Shown: positions 1 to 11,146, numbered from the stretch's first letter. The stretch is DNA of 64,000 nt from Arcanobacterium buesumense (GCF_012563545.1 NZ_CP050804.1:1843285-1907284); one strand, 5' to 3'. Notes: generated from the sequence alone by a model not told the origin. Program-made: numbers and translations.

Positions 1-44
1 CCATAACTCGCATCCTATCGACTTTTCCTTGTTGTAGCAGCATC

Positions 45-108
45 CCACCTAAAAACAATGCAGGATACGTGATACGCCTACATATAGGTGTATCACGTAT
101 CCTGCATT
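45..108 (-). terminator. Rho-independent-like terminator 3' of the FG-GAP surface protein gene. A 19-bp perfect inverted repeat (57-75 / 90-108) is followed on the minus strand by TTGTTTTTAGG.
   Basis: Perfect palindrome aatgcaggatacgtgatac / gtatcacgtatcctgcatt read directly from the sequence. A T-tract follows on the minus strand after the stem. Confidence 0.45.
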
Positions 109-132
109 TAGTAACTCTTGAGTGTGTAGCCT

Positions 133-3100
133 TTATGAGTTTTCTGAGCGTTGTCTATTTACTGCTGCTAAACACCCCACTCCCATCAGAAGAACAGCAC
201 CTAGAGCTGCCATGATGTTCATGACGGTTAGGCCAGTGTGCGCCAGCGAGTGACGTACCACCGGGTTAACTGGCTGCGCTAGTATCTGGGACTGCTTCTT
301 GTGTTGGTTTTTATCCATCACCCCAGAATCTGCGTCTGGCTTCACGTCTGGCTTCACGTCTGGCTTCACGTCCGGAACAGTATTTTGTTCCTCATCTATT
401 GTCATAGTGAGAATGTGCGCGGCATGCGAGTACCCTTCTTCGTCGGCAACTGGATCATCAACAACACCATCAGCGCCAATAGCCAAAGTAGTAGCATCCA
501 TGTAGTCGCCAATAAATGCAACTGAACGGCCAAAGCGTGCACGGTGTGCATCAGTATCAATACGCCGAACTGCCGATCCAAGATCCCCAACAGAGGTTAC
601 TCCGGCGGGAATTTTTACCCCATCAAGTAGATAAACAGCACCGTCACCTTGGTCACCCCACGCACCTACTGCAATAAGCTTACGTTCCGGTAAAGCATCT
701 ACTGCCCACCCAAATCCATCGCCACTTCCCATTCCAGTGACAACAGATATTGTTGAATCCTGATGGGCTACATCGTTTGGCGAAATAACACGAGTGGACG
801 ACGTCGTCGATGCAAAATTCGCTCCATGGACAAGAGCGATACCTCCGTTCGTCGTATTAACTACCTGTCCACCATCAAATCCGATAACAAAATCACCAAG
901 TCCATCACCATCAATATCGCCAAGTGAAGCAATCGAATTTCCAGCACCCAACCGATACGAAGCATCCGACGGCATCACCAGAGTAAAGCCTGGAACATCG
1001 TTATCAAGATCAATATGAGTATCGGCTGACCCATACACTACCCATGCTTGACCAGGAACTGTACCGGTATCAGAAAATGAATTGAAGTCTGCTAGAACAT
1101 AATCTTGCTGACCATCACCATTAATATCGCCAACCACATTAAATGCTGATAATGTGTGTCCTTGCGGGGTTTGAGCACGCCAAATCACGCGTGGGTTATC
1201 ATAGGATTCAATAAGGTCAACGTCGTCAGATTCTTTTTGTCCACTAACAATTAACGCTGTCCCATATGATCCGCGTTCCCCACGTGACAACGGTGTATTA
1301 GCAACAATGAAACCAATATCAGCTAAACCGTCATGATCAATGTCGCCAACTTTAGCAACCTGATACCCAGCTGCCCCATATTCGTACGGCATCCGAATAG
1401 CAAAACCATGATTGCGATCTAATGCGTTCATGTCGGTATATGCGATATCTGGACCGCCGTAGAGCACCCAAACTGTACCCATCGTATGCGAACCCACAGC
1501 AATATCGTCAATCGCATCACCATTAACATCTCCTAGGCAAGCCACGGACAATCCCATAGCTGCGTCCGCTGCTGGATCTTGAGTTTCTTTCGGTCCATGA
1601 ATCGTCACAATGGAATCGTCAGGCAAAACACTTCCCGGTGTAGCATGCGGAATAATCTGCAACTGCCCAGTAACATTCAAGATCCATCCGTGAGTAGGGG
1701 TTGACAGTTCATAGTGGGGATCAAATTTCCATTCTGAGCGCATCGGTGAGGATGTCACTAAGTCAGGTTTACCATCACCAGTAACGTCACAACGCTCTCG
1801 TGCAATGGCACTACCTAGACCGTCCGAAAACTCCCCAACCCAACGTTTCTGCGCCGTTGTATCAATCGGCTTGATGGCTGGTGGTTCAATGATTTTATCT
1901 GGAGCTGGATATAGTGGTTCTACTGGATCAGTCTTTTCTGTTTGGCGGCTCATATCGACTGTCCACACGTTCACTTTTCCGTCCGAATCAGTTGTCAAAA
2001 CCGCCGAAAGATACTCAACAGTGTCTGACGATTGGACTACTCCAACGCCGAGACCACCGTCGCCTTCACCTTCTTCAGCAGCAAACCATGCCCATTGACT
2101 ACGCGGAATTGAATCAACACCTAGTCCAGAATTCCAATCCTTATTTAACGCACGTGCTGAAATCATCAGCGCTCCAGGATGTTCTTCATGATCGGGACGC
2201 CCAACAATTAATGCTCCCGGATTTTCCATTCCGTCTTGCTGTAGGTAAGCCAACGACATACCTAATCGTCCCACTGCACTTTGCCGTAAAAGGTGTCCCG
2301 ACGATGTGCCGTTTGTTTTTACTGCGTCAGCAGTTGTGGAATTAAGATCGACGGTAACCATCTTGTCGCCAGCTGATTCGGCCTGCCCGTAAATAATCGC
2401 TACCGCACCACTATTATTATTGGCACCAGGAGCTCCAATGGCATAGTCATCATAGTCATCGTCGTTAATATCGCCGATTCCCACCATTGCAGAACCAAAC
2501 TTACTTGTCCCGCTCGTATCGTGGGCAATAATCGTGGCGGCTTGACCGCTAAGGTCACCAGAATCTGCGCTAAGCGGGATAGCGTAGACGGTAGCAACGC
2601 TCGGTAAGCCAATGCCAATGACGCTTTCTTCACCATAAACACTATTCAGCGCAACAGCCCTTGCCTGATCGTCGTTAACCGGTAAATTCCAGATTTTTGT
2701 TGCATGCTCACTAGAAATATCTCCCTTTTGAGTAAGAGTGGAAAAATAGAAGACATGGTTACCAGAAACCGCTACCATCGCATGTTCTTCAAGTACTGGC
2801 GAACCAGCAGTTAAATCTATAACTGGAGCACTAAATACATATTTCGCGCGAATGGGCAGTTGAACGATATCAGCACTTACCACGTCATCAAAAATAGTCC
2901 GGTCGACAAGATAAATCATGTTGCCGTGAGCTAATGCGAGCGTCGCTTTTTCTCCGTGGTTAATTTTTACGCACGATACTTTCCATGGTCCGGCACTGGT
3001 ATCTGGCAGTTGGTAGCGACGAATATCTGGTTGCTCTGACAAATGTTTTTCGATTTGCTCAGTATCTGATCCGTAGGGAATATGCGTCAACACAGCAAGG

Positions 3101-3414
3101 ACATGTTCTTTTTCCGAAATGAAAAGCAGATCGTTTTGGATATCACCAGCGAGATCGCATGTGACCTGAGGAATTACGCCAGCTTCCTGATATGTTATGC
3201 GGTCCGTTTTCCGCACCGCGTCACCGTAACGACTACCGTCAATTCCACCCCATTGACGCCCTGTAGAATCTGCCGGAGTAGCTTGTTTTTCACTCGCTAA
3301 TGTGTCGGAATCTGCGGGCATTTCACTATCGTTAGCGTACGCTGAGAATGCAAAAGATTGTGCAAATAGCATTCCCATACACATGCCAGCCACTATGGCT
3401 CTTATATTTTTCAC
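133..3414 (-). CDS. Cell-wall-anchored surface protein with FG-GAP (integrin-alpha-like) repeats. It has an N-terminal signal peptide and a C-terminal LAHTG sortase motif followed by a TM segment and a basic tail.
   Basis: Repeated GDINGDG / GDIDGDG / GDINDDD calcium-binding FG-GAP-like motifs. Signal peptide MKNIRAIVAGMCMGMLFAQSFAFSAYA. C-terminus LAHTG + hydrophobic stretch + RQRSENS. GTG start at 3414. Confidence 0.75.
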   Translation of the reverse strand: MKNIRAIVAGMCMGMLFAQSFAFSAYANDSEMPADSDTLASEKQATPADSTGRQWGGIDGSRYGDAVRKTDRITYQEAGVIPQVTCDLAGDIQNDLLFISEKEHVLAVLTHIPYGSDTEQIEKHLSEQPDIRRYQLPDTSAGPWKVSCVKINHGEKATLALAHGNMIYLVDRTIFDDVVSADIVQLPIRAKYVFSAPVIDLTAGSPVLEEHAMVAVSGNHVFYFSTLTQKGDISSEHATKIWNLPVNDDQARAVALNSVYGEESVIGIGLPSVATVYAIPLSADSGDLSGQAATIIAHDTSGTSKFGSAMVGIGDINDDDYDDYAIGAPGANNNSGAVAIIYGQAESAGDKMVTVDLNSTTADAVKTNGTSSGHLLRQSAVGRLGMSLAYLQQDGMENPGALIVGRPDHEEHPGALMISARALNKDWNSGLGVDSIPRSQWAWFAAEEGEGDGGLGVGVVQSSDTVEYLSAVLTTDSDGKVNVWTVDMSRQTEKTDPVEPLYPAPDKIIEPPAIKPIDTTAQKRWVGEFSDGLGSAIARERCDVTGDGKPDLVTSSPMRSEWKFDPHYELSTPTHGWILNVTGQLQIIPHATPGSVLPDDSIVTIHGPKETQDPAADAAMGLSVACLGDVNGDAIDDIAVGSHTMGTVWVLYGGPDIAYTDMNALDRNHGFAIRMPYEYGAAGYQVAKVGDIDHDGLADIGFIVANTPLSRGERGSYGTALIVSGQKESDDVDLIESYDNPRVIWRAQTPQGHTLSAFNVVGDINGDGQQDYVLADFNSFSDTGTVPGQAWVVYGSADTHIDLDNDVPGFTLVMPSDASYRLGAGNSIASLGDIDGDGLGDFVIGFDGGQVVNTTNGGIALVHGANFASTTSSTRVISPNDVAHQDSTISVVTGMGSGDGFGWAVDALPERKLIAVGAWGDQGDGAVYLLDGVKIPAGVTSVGDLGSAVRRIDTDAHRARFGRSVAFIGDYMDATTLAIGADGVVDDPVADEEGYSHAAHILTMTIDEEQNTVPDVKPDVKPDVKPDADSGVMDKNQHKKQSQILAQPVNPVVRHSLAHTGLTVMNIMAALGAVLLMGVGCLAAVNRQRSENS

Positions 3415-3494
3415 AATGGATTCTTAACCTTCCTCTTAGTTCAATTAGGTAACCCTAACCTAATTAAATCGAATGGGAATTCTTTTCAGCAAGA

Positions 3495-3540
3495 GGGAAG
3501 GTCCAAAAGTGCCCCAGTAGACGTATCTACTGGGGCACTT
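3495..3540 (-). terminator. Terminator hairpin 3' of the sialidase gene. Stem aagtgccccagtag / ctactggggcactt.
   Basis: 14-bp perfect inverted repeat with a 6-nt loop directly downstream of the stop at 3554. ACTTTTGG follows on the minus strand. Confidence 0.5.
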
Positions 3541-3553
3541 GTTGGTTGATAAC

Positions 3554-6184
3554 TTAGCTGTTAGAATGCCGGCGGCTAGTCACACTTAGTGCGCCACCAA
3601 GAACCAACATGGCGAACATTGCCATAGCAACAACGCCCAGTCCAACACCAGTCTTTGCTAACACTGGCTTATGTTGCTGAACATCTGGAACAACCTGCGG
3701 CTTTTGTGGCGCGGGGTTAGCGTCTTCCTGCGCTACCTTCTTTGCCATAACATCGAAAGTAGCACTCACAGTAGCAGCAGCTCCGGACACCTTCACAGTG
3801 TGTTGGCCAGGTGCGAAATCAGCTGGAACCTTCCAGGCAAGACTGAACTTACCGTGCTCATCAGCGGTAACAGTACCCAGATCGACGACGGTGGAGTGGA
3901 CTGTCACCTGGTAATTTTCACCTGGAGTAAATCCACTTCCCGTGAAGGTATATGTTCCGCCTTGAACAATATCGCCTGCCGGGATCATGACCTTCGGTTG
4001 GGATTCTTCTTCACTTGGCGTGTCAGCTGGCTGAGCTGGAGTCAATGGAACAAGTGGAATCTCAGCCTTTGGCTTGTTTTGCACATCGGCGAGTTTCTTC
4101 TCTAGTTCTGCCTTCTCTGCCTTCAGCTTTTCTGCTTCAGCTTGAGCTTGTGCTTGAGCTTCTTTAGCAGCCTGTGCTTCAGCTTGTGCCTGAGCTAACT
4201 TCTCAGCCAAGTCCGCCTTATCCTTTTCAAGCTGGTCAATCTTCTTTCCAGCTTCTTCAGCAGCTTGCTGAGCTTGAGCTAGCTCCTCGGCATTTGCCTC
4301 ATTATCTGCCTTGATCTTTTCTAGCTCAGCCTTTAATTTTGCTAATTCGTCCTGAGCTTGAGCAAGCGCATTCTCTGCTTCTTGCTGAGCTTTCTCAGCT
4401 TGCTCCTTCTCAGCTTCCGTCTTTGCTAGTTCTGCCTTGCTATCTTCAAGATCGCCCTGAGCCTTATCTAGTTCTGCCTGCTTATCAGCAAGATCTTGTT
4501 CTGCTTTCTCGACGTCTGGCAACAATGGGAGAGCCTTATCTAGACCCAGCCACGCCAAATCAACTGTGCGATAAAGAATCTCCGAAGCTTCACCTTCGAA
4601 GAGGATGCCATACTTGCCGTCACCCAATGGTTCCATGGTCGAATACTGCATCGTCCCGTTCTTAAAGGTTTGGGTATCTTGCCACGTCTTGCCATCGTCA
4701 AAGCTGACGCTCACCATTCCATCAACCCGGCTACTATCACTATTAGCATGGGAAGACAATAAGACCTTAGCGCGCTCGCTATTCATTGGCGCGTCTGGGA
4801 AAGCGCGAATAATCGAAGCATTATTGCGCGGATCCTTCAATCGACGGTTATCAGTCTTATCCAGCGTGTAGGTCTGTCCACCATCGTCAGATAACGCATA
4901 GTGCCGGCCGAAGATAGCTTGGCCTTCATAACGTCGAGAACTGAGCAAAACTCGACCATCTGAAAGTTCAACAACTTTGTTTTCATCCATGGCACTACCC
5001 CACTCACCACCGATGGGAGTGCCGGCATGCCAGCTTTGGCCGTGATCGTCAGAGTATAGTGAAACAGCTTGATGTAAACCATAGTCCCAGCTACCTTCAT
5101 TCACGACTGTGTACTGCTGTATTAACCGTCCTTTATGTGGACCGTACTTTAGTTGAATTCCACGCCCTGAAGCAGCAAACCTTGCATACTGGTCTTGATC
5201 TTGAGAAATTTCTTTCGTCACTAATACAGGTTCCGACCAAGTTTCCCCTTTATTATCTGACTTGACATAGACCGTATGAATGATCTGTCGATTATCTGGT
5301 TCTACACCTTTTTGAGATCTAGCGATACCAGCATCAAAGCTCTTAACAAAGAATGCAAAAATAGTTCCAGTTTCTTCATCAACAATGAAAGACGGATCAG
5401 AATATCCGACTTTATCACTGCCCTGCTTGCCCTGTGCGATAGTTGAAAAATCGCTCCATGTCTCGCCGTCATCATCTGAGTATTTCATAATAATACTGTT
5501 TGGATTTGGAGCGTCGCCACAGCCTCCGGGCCGACCATCCCACGCAGCAATAAGACGTCCTTGTACCTTTGCCAAAGCCGGAATACGATGACAGTCATAC
5601 TGATACGAACCTGCCTGCGCTAATTTTGTTACCTGATAAGGATCTTTAGGCAGATTCTCTACTTCTCCTGGCTTATAGACTTTTACCGTCTTTTTTACAG
5701 TAATTGTTTGACCAGTCGGATCATGTGGTTGCCTTTTCGCAATAAAGGTAAAATCAACTGTTGCCCAACCACGCAACTGATCTTTTTCTGTCACCGTATA
5801 AACTGGCCAAGATCTGAAATTTTGTGCCCCTGGTTTACAGTCAAAACGTCCTGGCCCTTTAGCCGGAAAATTATGCCAATAACAATTTTGTGCCCCCTGT
5901 GCCGTCTCAGAAGACGCTTGGAGATCCACACCGTAAGGTAAATCAGACTCAAAACGAAGTTTAAGTTCAATTTCCTCCCCTAAGCTATACGCATTTCCTC
6001 TTTGCGGATCGGAAAAATAAAGTTTCGCAACACCTGTCTCATTCGTGACAATACTTATCGCAGTTGGTTCGGATATGGCTGGATCTGGTTCAATATCTTC
6101 ACCAGCATAGGCAGGCCAAGCCGGCACTAACATTAGCCCAACTGTTGCTAGCACACCAACCAGTTTCGAGGTCAATCTCCTCAT
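3554..6184 (-). CDS. Exo-alpha-sialidase (neuraminidase, GH33), sortase-anchored (LAKTG). It has a C-terminal Ala/Glu/Lys-rich coiled-coil stalk.
   Basis: RIP motif (YDCHRIPALA). Multiple Asp-box/BNR repeats (SDDDGETW, SDNKGETW, SDDHGQSW, SDDGGQTY, FDDGKTW). C-terminal LAKTG + TM + RRHSNS. Signal peptide begins at MRRLTSKLVGVLATVGLMLVPAWPAYA. The track's upstream GTG start (6328) lies inside a terminator hairpin, so the start is placed at about 6184. Confidence 0.85.
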   Translation of the reverse strand: MRRLTSKLVGVLATVGLMLVPAWPAYAGEDIEPDPAISEPTAISIVTNETGVAKLYFSDPQRGNAYSLGEEIELKLRFESDLPYGVDLQASSETAQGAQNCYWHNFPAKGPGRFDCKPGAQNFRSWPVYTVTEKDQLRGWATVDFTFIAKRQPHDPTGQTITVKKTVKVYKPGEVENLPKDPYQVTKLAQAGSYQYDCHRIPALAKVQGRLIAAWDGRPGGCGDAPNPNSIIMKYSDDDGETWSDFSTIAQGKQGSDKVGYSDPSFIVDEETGTIFAFFVKSFDAGIARSQKGVEPDNRQIIHTVYVKSDNKGETWSEPVLVTKEISQDQDQYARFAASGRGIQLKYGPHKGRLIQQYTVVNEGSWDYGLHQAVSLYSDDHGQSWHAGTPIGGEWGSAMDENKVVELSDGRVLLSSRRYEGQAIFGRHYALSDDGGQTYTLDKTDNRRLKDPRNNASIIRAFPDAPMNSERAKVLLSSHANSDSSRVDGMVSVSFDDGKTWQDTQTFKNGTMQYSTMEPLGDGKYGILFEGEASEILYRTVDLAWLGLDKALPLLPDVEKAEQDLADKQAELDKAQGDLEDSKAELAKTEAEKEQAEKAQQEAENALAQAQDELAKLKAELEKIKADNEANAEELAQAQQAAEEAGKKIDQLEKDKADLAEKLAQAQAEAQAAKEAQAQAQAEAEKLKAEKAELEKKLADVQNKPKAEIPLVPLTPAQPADTPSEEESQPKVMIPAGDIVQGGTYTFTGSGFTPGENYQVTVHSTVVDLGTVTADEHGKFSLAWKVPADFAPGQHTVKVSGAAATVSATFDVMAKKVAQEDANPAPQKPQVVPDVQQHKPVLAKTGVGLGVVAMAMFAMLVLGGALSVTSRRHSNS

Positions 6185-6302
6185 CACATTTTCTCCTTGA
6201 GTAGACACCATTGTCTTACCCTGCATACTACGACATTTATTCAACAGACATCTCACCAAACATCTATGCAAAGGATTTCGCAAAATTTCAACCTTTTTAC
6301 AT

Positions 6303-6341
6303 AAAAGGCCGTGAAGTGAACATGTCACTTCACGGCCTTTT
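6303..6341 (-). terminator. Terminator hairpin between the GlsB-like gene and the sialidase gene. Stem aaaaggccgtgaagtga / tcacttcacggcctttt.
   Basis: 17-bp perfect inverted repeat with a 5-nt loop. A/T runs flank both sides. Confidence 0.45.
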
Positions 6342-6352
6342 AAGCTAAATAA

Positions 6353-6616
6353 CTACTTGTTACGCATCTGCCTACCAGCATAAAAGCCAATCGCTGCCAT
6401 CGCAGTCAACGTACAAACAATCCATCGGATCCAATCAATACCTCGGGTATCAAGCGGATAGCCAAAAACAGATAGTAGAGCATTCCCAAGCACAACACCG
6501 ACCACGCCCAAAACAACCGTAGCTATGATCGAAAGATCCGCGCCCTTAAAAAACTTAGCTAAAATCCCAATAACAGCTCCAAAAACAAGCGTTCCAAGAA
6601 TATTAAACACCGACAT
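6353..6616 (-). CDS. GlsB/YeaQ/YmgE-family small membrane protein (transglycosylase-associated protein family)
   Basis: 87 aa with three hydrophobic helices rich in G/A/V/L, typical of this family (GTLVFGAVIGILAKF...). This is a family-level call made from memory. Confidence 0.55.
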   Translation of the reverse strand: MSVFNILGTLVFGAVIGILAKFFKGADLSIIATVVLGVVGVVLGNALLSVFGYPLDTRGIDWIRWIVCTLTAMAAIGFYAGRQMRNK

Positions 6617-6978
6617 CCTCCCCTAGCTAACAACTACACGCAACTCACAGCTGCGCAAATACCACGTCATATCAGTCTAACCTTCAAGAAACCGTTAATC
6701 GCTTTTGTCAGCTAACCGAGAAATATCAGCTTATACGGTCACCTGTGAAAGAATATAAGAAGTGAGTGGCTGTCCACGCAACAGCCACTCACTTCTTATG
6801 TTGGTAATTATATCTACATAGCATCAAGACTGCACTTATCTTGATACCGATTAACTACCAGATATTCACTTTCCGCATTCTTCAGGAGTTACACACTAAG
6901 AGGTTCCTTCAGATGCTTATATCTAACCAGCTCAAGCTATAAAACCAATGCGCAATAGCTGGGAATTACCTGAAAGTT

Positions 6979-9381
6979 CTACCGCCACGCCATCAACGGA
7001 TCATTACGCCATAAAACCACAGGCTCCTTTTGCCACCACTTCACAAGCCACCACAATAACTCAATCACTCCAGCACCAATCAGCCCAATCAGCACGGCTT
7101 GCCACATCATGGCCCTATTCGACGAATCAAGCATAAATACGTGCTGCGTTACCGGCCAGGTAAAAATCACTCCATAACCAACCAAGGACAAAACCACTAA
7201 ACACATCTTCCACCATGACCACGGCCGCGCAACACACGCCAACACCCACGTCGACGGAATAATCAACGCAATCAACGCCGCCGTCGAACCAGTCACATAC
7301 ATATCACCAAAGTCTCCACCTGTTGTCACCCAAAAAGTCACAAACGAACACGTACCAACAACCACTCCAGCTGGCACTGCAAACCATAAAACCCGACGGA
7401 CAAAACCCCGCCGTGCCCGCTGATTATTCGGCGGTAACGATAAAATAAAAGCCGGAATACCGATCGTAAACCACCCAGTGATCGTCACATGGATAGGTTG
7501 AAAAGGAAATGGAACTGACGAAACAATCACCAGCATCGCCAACACTGCCGAATAAATCGTCTTCGTCAAAAACAAATTCGCAACCCGCTCGATATTCCCG
7601 ATAACCCGCCGGCCTTCAGCAACCACGTGCGGCAACGTCGCAAACTTATCATCCAGCAATACAATCTTTGCCACGGAGCGAGTAGCTGGCGCACCCGAGC
7701 CCATCGCAACACCAATATCAGCATCCTTCAACGCCAACACATCATTGACACCATCACCAGTCATCGCAACCGTGTGGCCAGCCTTCTGCAAGGACGCCAC
7801 CATCGAGCGTTTCTGATCCGGTGTCACACGGCCAAATACCAAATTATCGGCCACCTGGGAATCAAAATTCTGTTCCGTCAACGTCCGCGCATCAACCGCC
7901 TGACCTGAATCCACACCCAGCTTGCGCGTCACTGCACCAACCGAAGCCGCATTATCACCAGAAATAACCTTCACAGTCACATCCTGTTGCGCAAAATACT
8001 CCAGCGTTTCAGCCGCATCCGGACGCACCTTCTGCTCAAAAACCACCAAACCAATCTGCTCAACATCACCTAAGTCAGTGTCATCATCAACCACCCGCGC
8101 AGTATGCGCCAACATCAAAACCCGCAGACCCGATGCCCCCAACTCCTCAGCAGTACGCGCATAAACAGTTCCACCAGCCAACACATCTGCCGCACCCAAC
8201 AGCCAACTGCCCCGCCCAGCAAACGTCACCCCCGACCACTTCGTTGCCGAAGTAAAGGCATGCCGACTAACCTCTTCCCAATGCTCACTCACCGCATCAA
8301 AACGCTCAGCAATCGCCCGCATCGTCGAATTCGGATCCCGATCTGCAGCCGCCAACTGTGCCAACACCTCACCCAATTGCGCCAGCCGAGCACCATCAAC
8401 AACACGCACCAACGAACCGTCATCGTCAAACAACCGCAACGACTCAAAAACCATCCGGTTCTCTGTCAACGTCCCGGTTTTATCAGCACACACCACATCA
8501 ACCCGTGCCAACCCCTCAATAGCCGGCAACTCCTGTACCAGGCACTGACGCTTACCCAGCCGGATAACTCCCAACGCAAACGCCGTCGACGTAATCAACA
8601 CCAAACCCTCAGGAACCATCGGAACCAAAGCACCCGTAATTTTCAAAATTACGTCATCCCACGCACTCGAGCCCTGCGCCACCTGAGAATAAATAATCAA
8701 AACGCCAACCGGGACTAAAACCCATGTGATATAACGCAAAATAACGTTAATACCCGCCTGTAACTCCGATTTAGCCAACGTAAAACGCGATGCCTCCGCC
8801 GTCAACCGAGCCGCATACGAATCCGCACCAACCTTCAACACCTGATAGGTGCCAGTACCGGAAACCACAAACGAACCAGACAAAATCTCATCGCCAGGCT
8901 TCTTACGCACCACATCCGATTCACCCGTGAGCATCGACTCATCAACACTCAAGCCGTCCGAATCCACAACCTGGCCATCAACCACAATCTGATTACCCGA
9001 CCCCAACGCAATCACGTCATCAAGAACCAAATCTTGTTGGCCAAGCTCAATCAGCTCCCCGTCACGCCAAACCCGCGGACGTTCCTCACCAATAAGTGTT
9101 AACGAATCCAATGTGCGCTTAGCTCGCAACTCCTGGACAATACCAATGCCCGAGTTGACAACAATCAACAAGCCAAACGCCGCATTGATAACCGATCCAG
9201 TTGTCATCACCATCACAAACAACACAAACAAAATTGCATTAATCCGTGTAAAAACATTTGACCGGACAATATCAACAACCGTCTTACCCGTTCGTGGCGG
9301 TAGCGTATTGACCCGCCCATCACGACGACGTTGCGCAACCTGAGTAGCAGTTAAACCAAGCGACATTGGATTCTCCCTCAT
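6979..9381 (-). CDS. Cation-translocating P-type ATPase (type II-like, PEGL motif)
   Basis: DKTGTLT phosphorylation motif (CADKTGTLTEN). TGDGVNDVLAL hinge motif. PEGL motif in the TM region. About 10 TM helices. Confidence 0.85.
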   Translation of the reverse strand: MRENPMSLGLTATQVAQRRRDGRVNTLPPRTGKTVVDIVRSNVFTRINAILFVLFVMVMTTGSVINAAFGLLIVVNSGIGIVQELRAKRTLDSLTLIGEERPRVWRDGELIELGQQDLVLDDVIALGSGNQIVVDGQVVDSDGLSVDESMLTGESDVVRKKPGDEILSGSFVVSGTGTYQVLKVGADSYAARLTAEASRFTLAKSELQAGINVILRYITWVLVPVGVLIIYSQVAQGSSAWDDVILKITGALVPMVPEGLVLITSTAFALGVIRLGKRQCLVQELPAIEGLARVDVVCADKTGTLTENRMVFESLRLFDDDGSLVRVVDGARLAQLGEVLAQLAAADRDPNSTMRAIAERFDAVSEHWEEVSRHAFTSATKWSGVTFAGRGSWLLGAADVLAGGTVYARTAEELGASGLRVLMLAHTARVVDDDTDLGDVEQIGLVVFEQKVRPDAAETLEYFAQQDVTVKVISGDNAASVGAVTRKLGVDSGQAVDARTLTEQNFDSQVADNLVFGRVTPDQKRSMVASLQKAGHTVAMTGDGVNDVLALKDADIGVAMGSGAPATRSVAKIVLLDDKFATLPHVVAEGRRVIGNIERVANLFLTKTIYSAVLAMLVIVSSVPFPFQPIHVTITGWFTIGIPAFILSLPPNNQRARRGFVRRVLWFAVPAGVVVGTCSFVTFWVTTGGDFGDMYVTGSTAALIALIIPSTWVLACVARPWSWWKMCLVVLSLVGYGVIFTWPVTQHVFMLDSSNRAMMWQAVLIGLIGAGVIELLWWLVKWWQKEPVVLWRNDPLMAWR

Positions 9382-9386
9382 CCCAA

Positions 9387-10880
9387 CTACTTCTTTTGAT
9401 ACAACGACTTACGCTGGAAAACTGGCTCCGTGGTCACATAAACACCGAGATTACGGAAAATAGTTTCATCAACCGAACCCAAAATGGTTGTCACATGCAC
9501 ATCACAATGCGCCAAATTCTTCAACTGAGCCATCGCATTACGCGCATCTTGACTCGTGGATGCCGACACGCTCAAAGCAATCAATACCTCATCCATGTGC
9601 AATCTAGGATTACGCGAACCTAAATGCTCCGTCTTCAACTTTTGAATCGGCTCGATAGCCTGCGGGGACAACAACAATGCATCGCGGTCAATACCCGCCA
9701 AATGCTTCAATGCATTAAGTAACATTCCCGCCGAACAACCCAATAATTCCGTCGTCTTGCCCGTGACGATTGTGCCGTCCAGAAGCTCAATAGCCGACGC
9801 CGGACCACCAGTTGCCTGCGCCCGTTTCAGTGCCGGAGCAACCACTTTACGATCCGCCGTCGTCACCCCTGCCTTACGCATAATATGGCGAACTCGATCC
9901 GATAATGTTGAATCCAACGCTTCCTTACGCTCTTCAACACGAGCCTGATAATACCGACGAATAATCTCCTGGCGCGATGCCTCCCGCACAGCTTCATCAT
10001 CACTAATACAGTAGCCAGCCATATTCACTCCCATATCAGTTGGGCTCTTATATGGCGACTCACCGGCAATCCGCTGCAACAACGTGTGCAACAACGGGAA
10101 AACATCAATATCGCGGTTATACGAAGAAACCGACTCGCCGTAAGCCTCCAAATGGAAAGGATCAATCAAATTCGCATCATCCAAATCCACAGTAGCGGCC
10201 TCATATGCCAAATTCACCGGATGCTCAAGCGGAATATTCCAAATCGGGAACGTCTCAAACTTGGCATAACCAGCCTTCACTCCACGTTTTGCCTCATGAT
10301 AAATCTGCGACAAACAGGTAGCCAACTTGCCTGAACCTGGCCCAGGCGCAGTGACAACCACTAAATCACGCGATGTTGACACAAAGTCATTCTTACCCAA
10401 GCCCTCATCGGACGCAATCACGTCAACATTAGTCGGATAACCTGGAATGATCCGATGGCGTGCCACCCGCACCCCCATCCGCTCCAAACGCTGCATAAAC
10501 GTCACCGCGAGCGCATTCGACTCCTCAAACTGGGTCATCACCACATTCTCAACCAAGAAACCACGTTCCCGGAACACGTCAATAAGCCGCAACACGTCTT
10601 CGTCGTAGGTAATACCCACATCCGAACGCATCTTCTGACGCTGTAAATCCTTGGCATTCAAACACACAATAATTTCAACATCGTCAGCAATCTGCTCCAG
10701 CATGACAATTTTGTTATCCGGGGTAAAGCCCGGCAACACCCGCGACGCGTGATTATCATCGAAAAGCTTACCGCCCATCTCTAAATACAGCTTGCCGCCG
10801 ATCTTCGCGCGGCGCTCCACAATATGCTTGGACTGCAACTCAATGTACTTCTCACGGTCAAACCCCACTTGGAAGCCCAT
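9387..10880 (-). CDS. UPF0371/DUF1846-family protein (conserved, function unknown)
   Basis: N-terminus [16 protein letters not shown]...[23 protein letters not shown] matches the conserved start of this roughly 500-aa family as recalled. Confidence 0.5.
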   Translation of the reverse strand: MGFQVGFDREKYIELQSKHIVERRAKIGGKLYLEMGGKLFDDNHASRVLPGFTPDNKIVMLEQIADDVEIIVCLNAKDLQRQKMRSDVGITYDEDVLRLIDVFRERGFLVENVVMTQFEESNALAVTFMQRLERMGVRVARHRIIPGYPTNVDVIASDEGLGKNDFVSTSRDLVVVTAPGPGSGKLATCLSQIYHEAKRGVKAGYAKFETFPIWNIPLEHPVNLAYEAATVDLDDANLIDPFHLEAYGESVSSYNRDIDVFPLLHTLLQRIAGESPYKSPTDMGVNMAGYCISDDEAVREASRQEIIRRYYQARVEERKEALDSTLSDRVRHIMRKAGVTTADRKVVAPALKRAQATGGPASAIELLDGTIVTGKTTELLGCSAGMLLNALKHLAGIDRDALLLSPQAIEPIQKLKTEHLGSRNPRLHMDEVLIALSVSASTSQDARNAMAQLKNLAHCDVHVTTILGSVDETIFRNLGVYVTTEPVFQRKSLYQKK

Positions 10881-11146
10881 GCTCTACTCCTTACCATTCG
10901 GTGGGCAATAGTCCCTGCCTATTTCAGCGATCTCACCCCGTGCCTGTAACACGGTGCAAACTCGCCAGAATAAGGAAAAGCTCCCTAGCGAAATCTACGA
11001 GAATAAACTCGAACGACTTCTAGGGAGCCCAACAACGGAGCTTACGCGCCGATGCCTTTCCTCGTCAAACGCTCACTGATTTTTACCCAAACACAGGCGG
11101 GTGAGAACTGTGAGAGACCGTCGTCATCACTCGTAACCTATTCCGA

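Noticed and set aside
6185-6328. The GTG start at 6328 for the sialidase ORF
   Set aside because: The GTG lies within the right arm of a 17-bp terminator hairpin for the upstream gene. The signal peptide starts at the internal Met (MRRLTSKL...), so the start is placed near 6184.
8104-8718. A 204-aa ORF antisense to the P-type ATPase. Similar long antisense ORFs occur at 44958-45566, 49657-50175, 40456-41052, 41350-42120, 13129-13662, 15816-16250 and 17070-17513.
   Set aside because: They are Arg/Pro/His-rich with biased composition, typical of open antisense frames in GC-rich coding DNA. Each lies entirely within a well-supported gene on the other strand.
10979-11027. Hairpin gctccctag...ctagggagc between the UPF0371 gene and def
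   Set aside because: The 9-bp stem has a 30-nt loop and no U-tract. This is too weak to call a terminator or regulatory element.
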